The notes under the pieces: generated by a model
Database searches by the model: none
The model's input: only the letters and a program-made list of their open reading frames with translations
What the model was told of the DNA's origin: nothing
Assembly: GCA_963830365.1 (NCBI GenBank)
Contig: CAWHMU010000026.1
Coordinates: 1-18,347 of the forward strand
Length of the DNA: 18,347 bases
DNA from: an uncultured Chlamydiae bacterium
GTDB lineage: Bacteria; Chlamydiota; Chlamydiia; Chlamydiales; Parachlamydiaceae
Reading direction: 5' to 3'
In this document: positions 17,246 to 18,347 of the stretch, piece after piece
Layout: every line of letters begins with the position of its first letter
Position numbering within the stretch: position 1 is the first letter of the stretch
Made by a program: the position numbers and the translations under genes

Positions 17246-18347
17246 ATGAAAAGCTCGACGAGATTAGAAAAAATGAAAAAGTTATTTCATATGGGGCCTA
17301 CGTGCAAAATATCTGCCGATGGCAGTGTGAAAGGAAAGAAGATACCTGTCACCTTGAATTTGGACGGCTTTCGCGCTAGAGCGAAAAATAAAGGGTTCAC
17401 TTTTGGTCAGCTGCCAGACAGCATCAAGGAAAATACTTTAGAACAATTCTTTAAAACCCTGCAAAAGCGTGTAGAAAGTCTTTTTCCTGCTAAGAGAAAG
17501 CAAGTGGAACGCGCCATCTTCACCATAAAGCACAGCATGACTTCGGAAGAAATGCTGGCAGATATCGTGAAGCGTGGTTTAGACAAGAAAATGACTAAAG
17601 ACGAGCTTGACCGGATACTAGATCCATGCTACGCACTGGCAAATCTAAAAAGCAGCTCCCTCGGTTTCGGCAAAGAAATTCCCAAGCTGCTCAAAGCCAA
17701 AGGCCAAAAAGATGATCCTGTCAGCCATACCGTGTTTTATCTTTATGCCATCCTAAAAGCCATTGATGCACAAAGCCGTCATTGTCCAGGCGATGAGCTT
17801 CTTTCGCCGCAAGAGCTGATGTGCCTCACGTTTTTAACACAAGTCCAAAAGTGCAAGGTAGGACAAGAAGATGGCATTGCCACATATTACAACAATGTGA
17901 TCATGCCAAAATATCGCCAGGGAGCTGCTATGATAGGTGCTGTTGAAAAGGTTGAAAATTGCGTCGACCAAAGCATTCAGCTGATGCTGAATCGAACCCT
18001 GGCTAACGAAGAGATGATTAGACAAATTGCCCTAAATGAAGTTGATGAGTTATCGCATCAGACCCGCTATCTGCAAAATCGTTTTGGTGCACAGCTGGGA
18101 TTGATTTATAAGCGCAATTTCGATGGGTGGACCATCGTTCTTGATCGGGCCATATTTGCCTGCACTGAGGCAATTGATGTGCCCGACGGCAAAGGACGAC
18201 ATGCTTTTAAAGTGCTATTAACGATTTTATCGCATATGGGACCTGCTGAAATGATTAAGAGCGTGAAAAATAGCATTGCCGCGGACGTGAAGACAGGAAT
18301 TATTAATTATGCCAGTTTGCAACAGTATTTCGAACAGTCAGGCATCA
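17246..18347 (+). CDS. 3'-truncated ORF, probable C-terminal domain of the ankyrin protein
   Basis: Frame is open for 367 codons from 17246 to the window end (..KKIPVTLNLDGFRARAKNKGFTFGQLP..QYFEQSGI). It has no stop in the window, which explains its absence from the ORF track. Confidence 0.8.
   Translation, partial: MKSSTRLEKMKKLFHMGPTCKISADGSVKGKKIPVTLNLDGFRARAKNKGFTFGQLPDSIKENTLEQFFKTLQKRVESLFPAKRKQVERAIFTIKHSMTSEEMLADIVKRGLDKKMTKDELDRILDPCYALANLKSSSLGFGKEIPKLLKAKGQKDDPVSHTVFYLYAILKAIDAQSRHCPGDELLSPQELMCLTFLTQVQKCKVGQEDGIATYYNNVIMPKYRQGAAMIGAVEKVENCVDQSIQLMLNRTLANEEMIRQIALNEVDELSHQTRYLQNRFGAQLGLIYKRNFDGWTIVLDRAIFACTEAIDVPDGKGRHAFKVLLTILSHMGPAEMIKSVKNSIAADVKTGIINYASLQQYFEQSGI

Overview
Bacterial chromosomal window, most likely from an environmental chlamydia (Parachlamydiales-like). 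This is inferred from the GatB sequence and the gene repertoire. Conserved genes are gatCAB, a PfkB kinase translationally coupled to a CPBP/CAAX protease, a thioredoxin-like protein, a TIGR01777 oxidoreductase, a TM2 protein, and a TetR(WHG) regulator with a PEGA lipoprotein. Between them lie visibly AT-richer, effector-like orphan genes: an atypical PI3/4-kinase-like protein, a permuted papain-like His/Cys protein, and an ankyrin protein. The ankyrin gene is split by two frameshifts and continues off the window end in a frame missing from the ORF track. The intergenic DNA is highly structured. It holds a 251-bp MITE with 22-bp TIRs and an exact 8-bp target-site duplication, which carries a nested 34-bp inverted repeat. 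It also holds three REPIN-like doublets built from TTCA-(NCRCAGAG)2 arms, a 42-bp loopless palindrome, and a pair of matching operators upstream of tetR and the PEGA gene. All calls are from manual reading; no searches were run.
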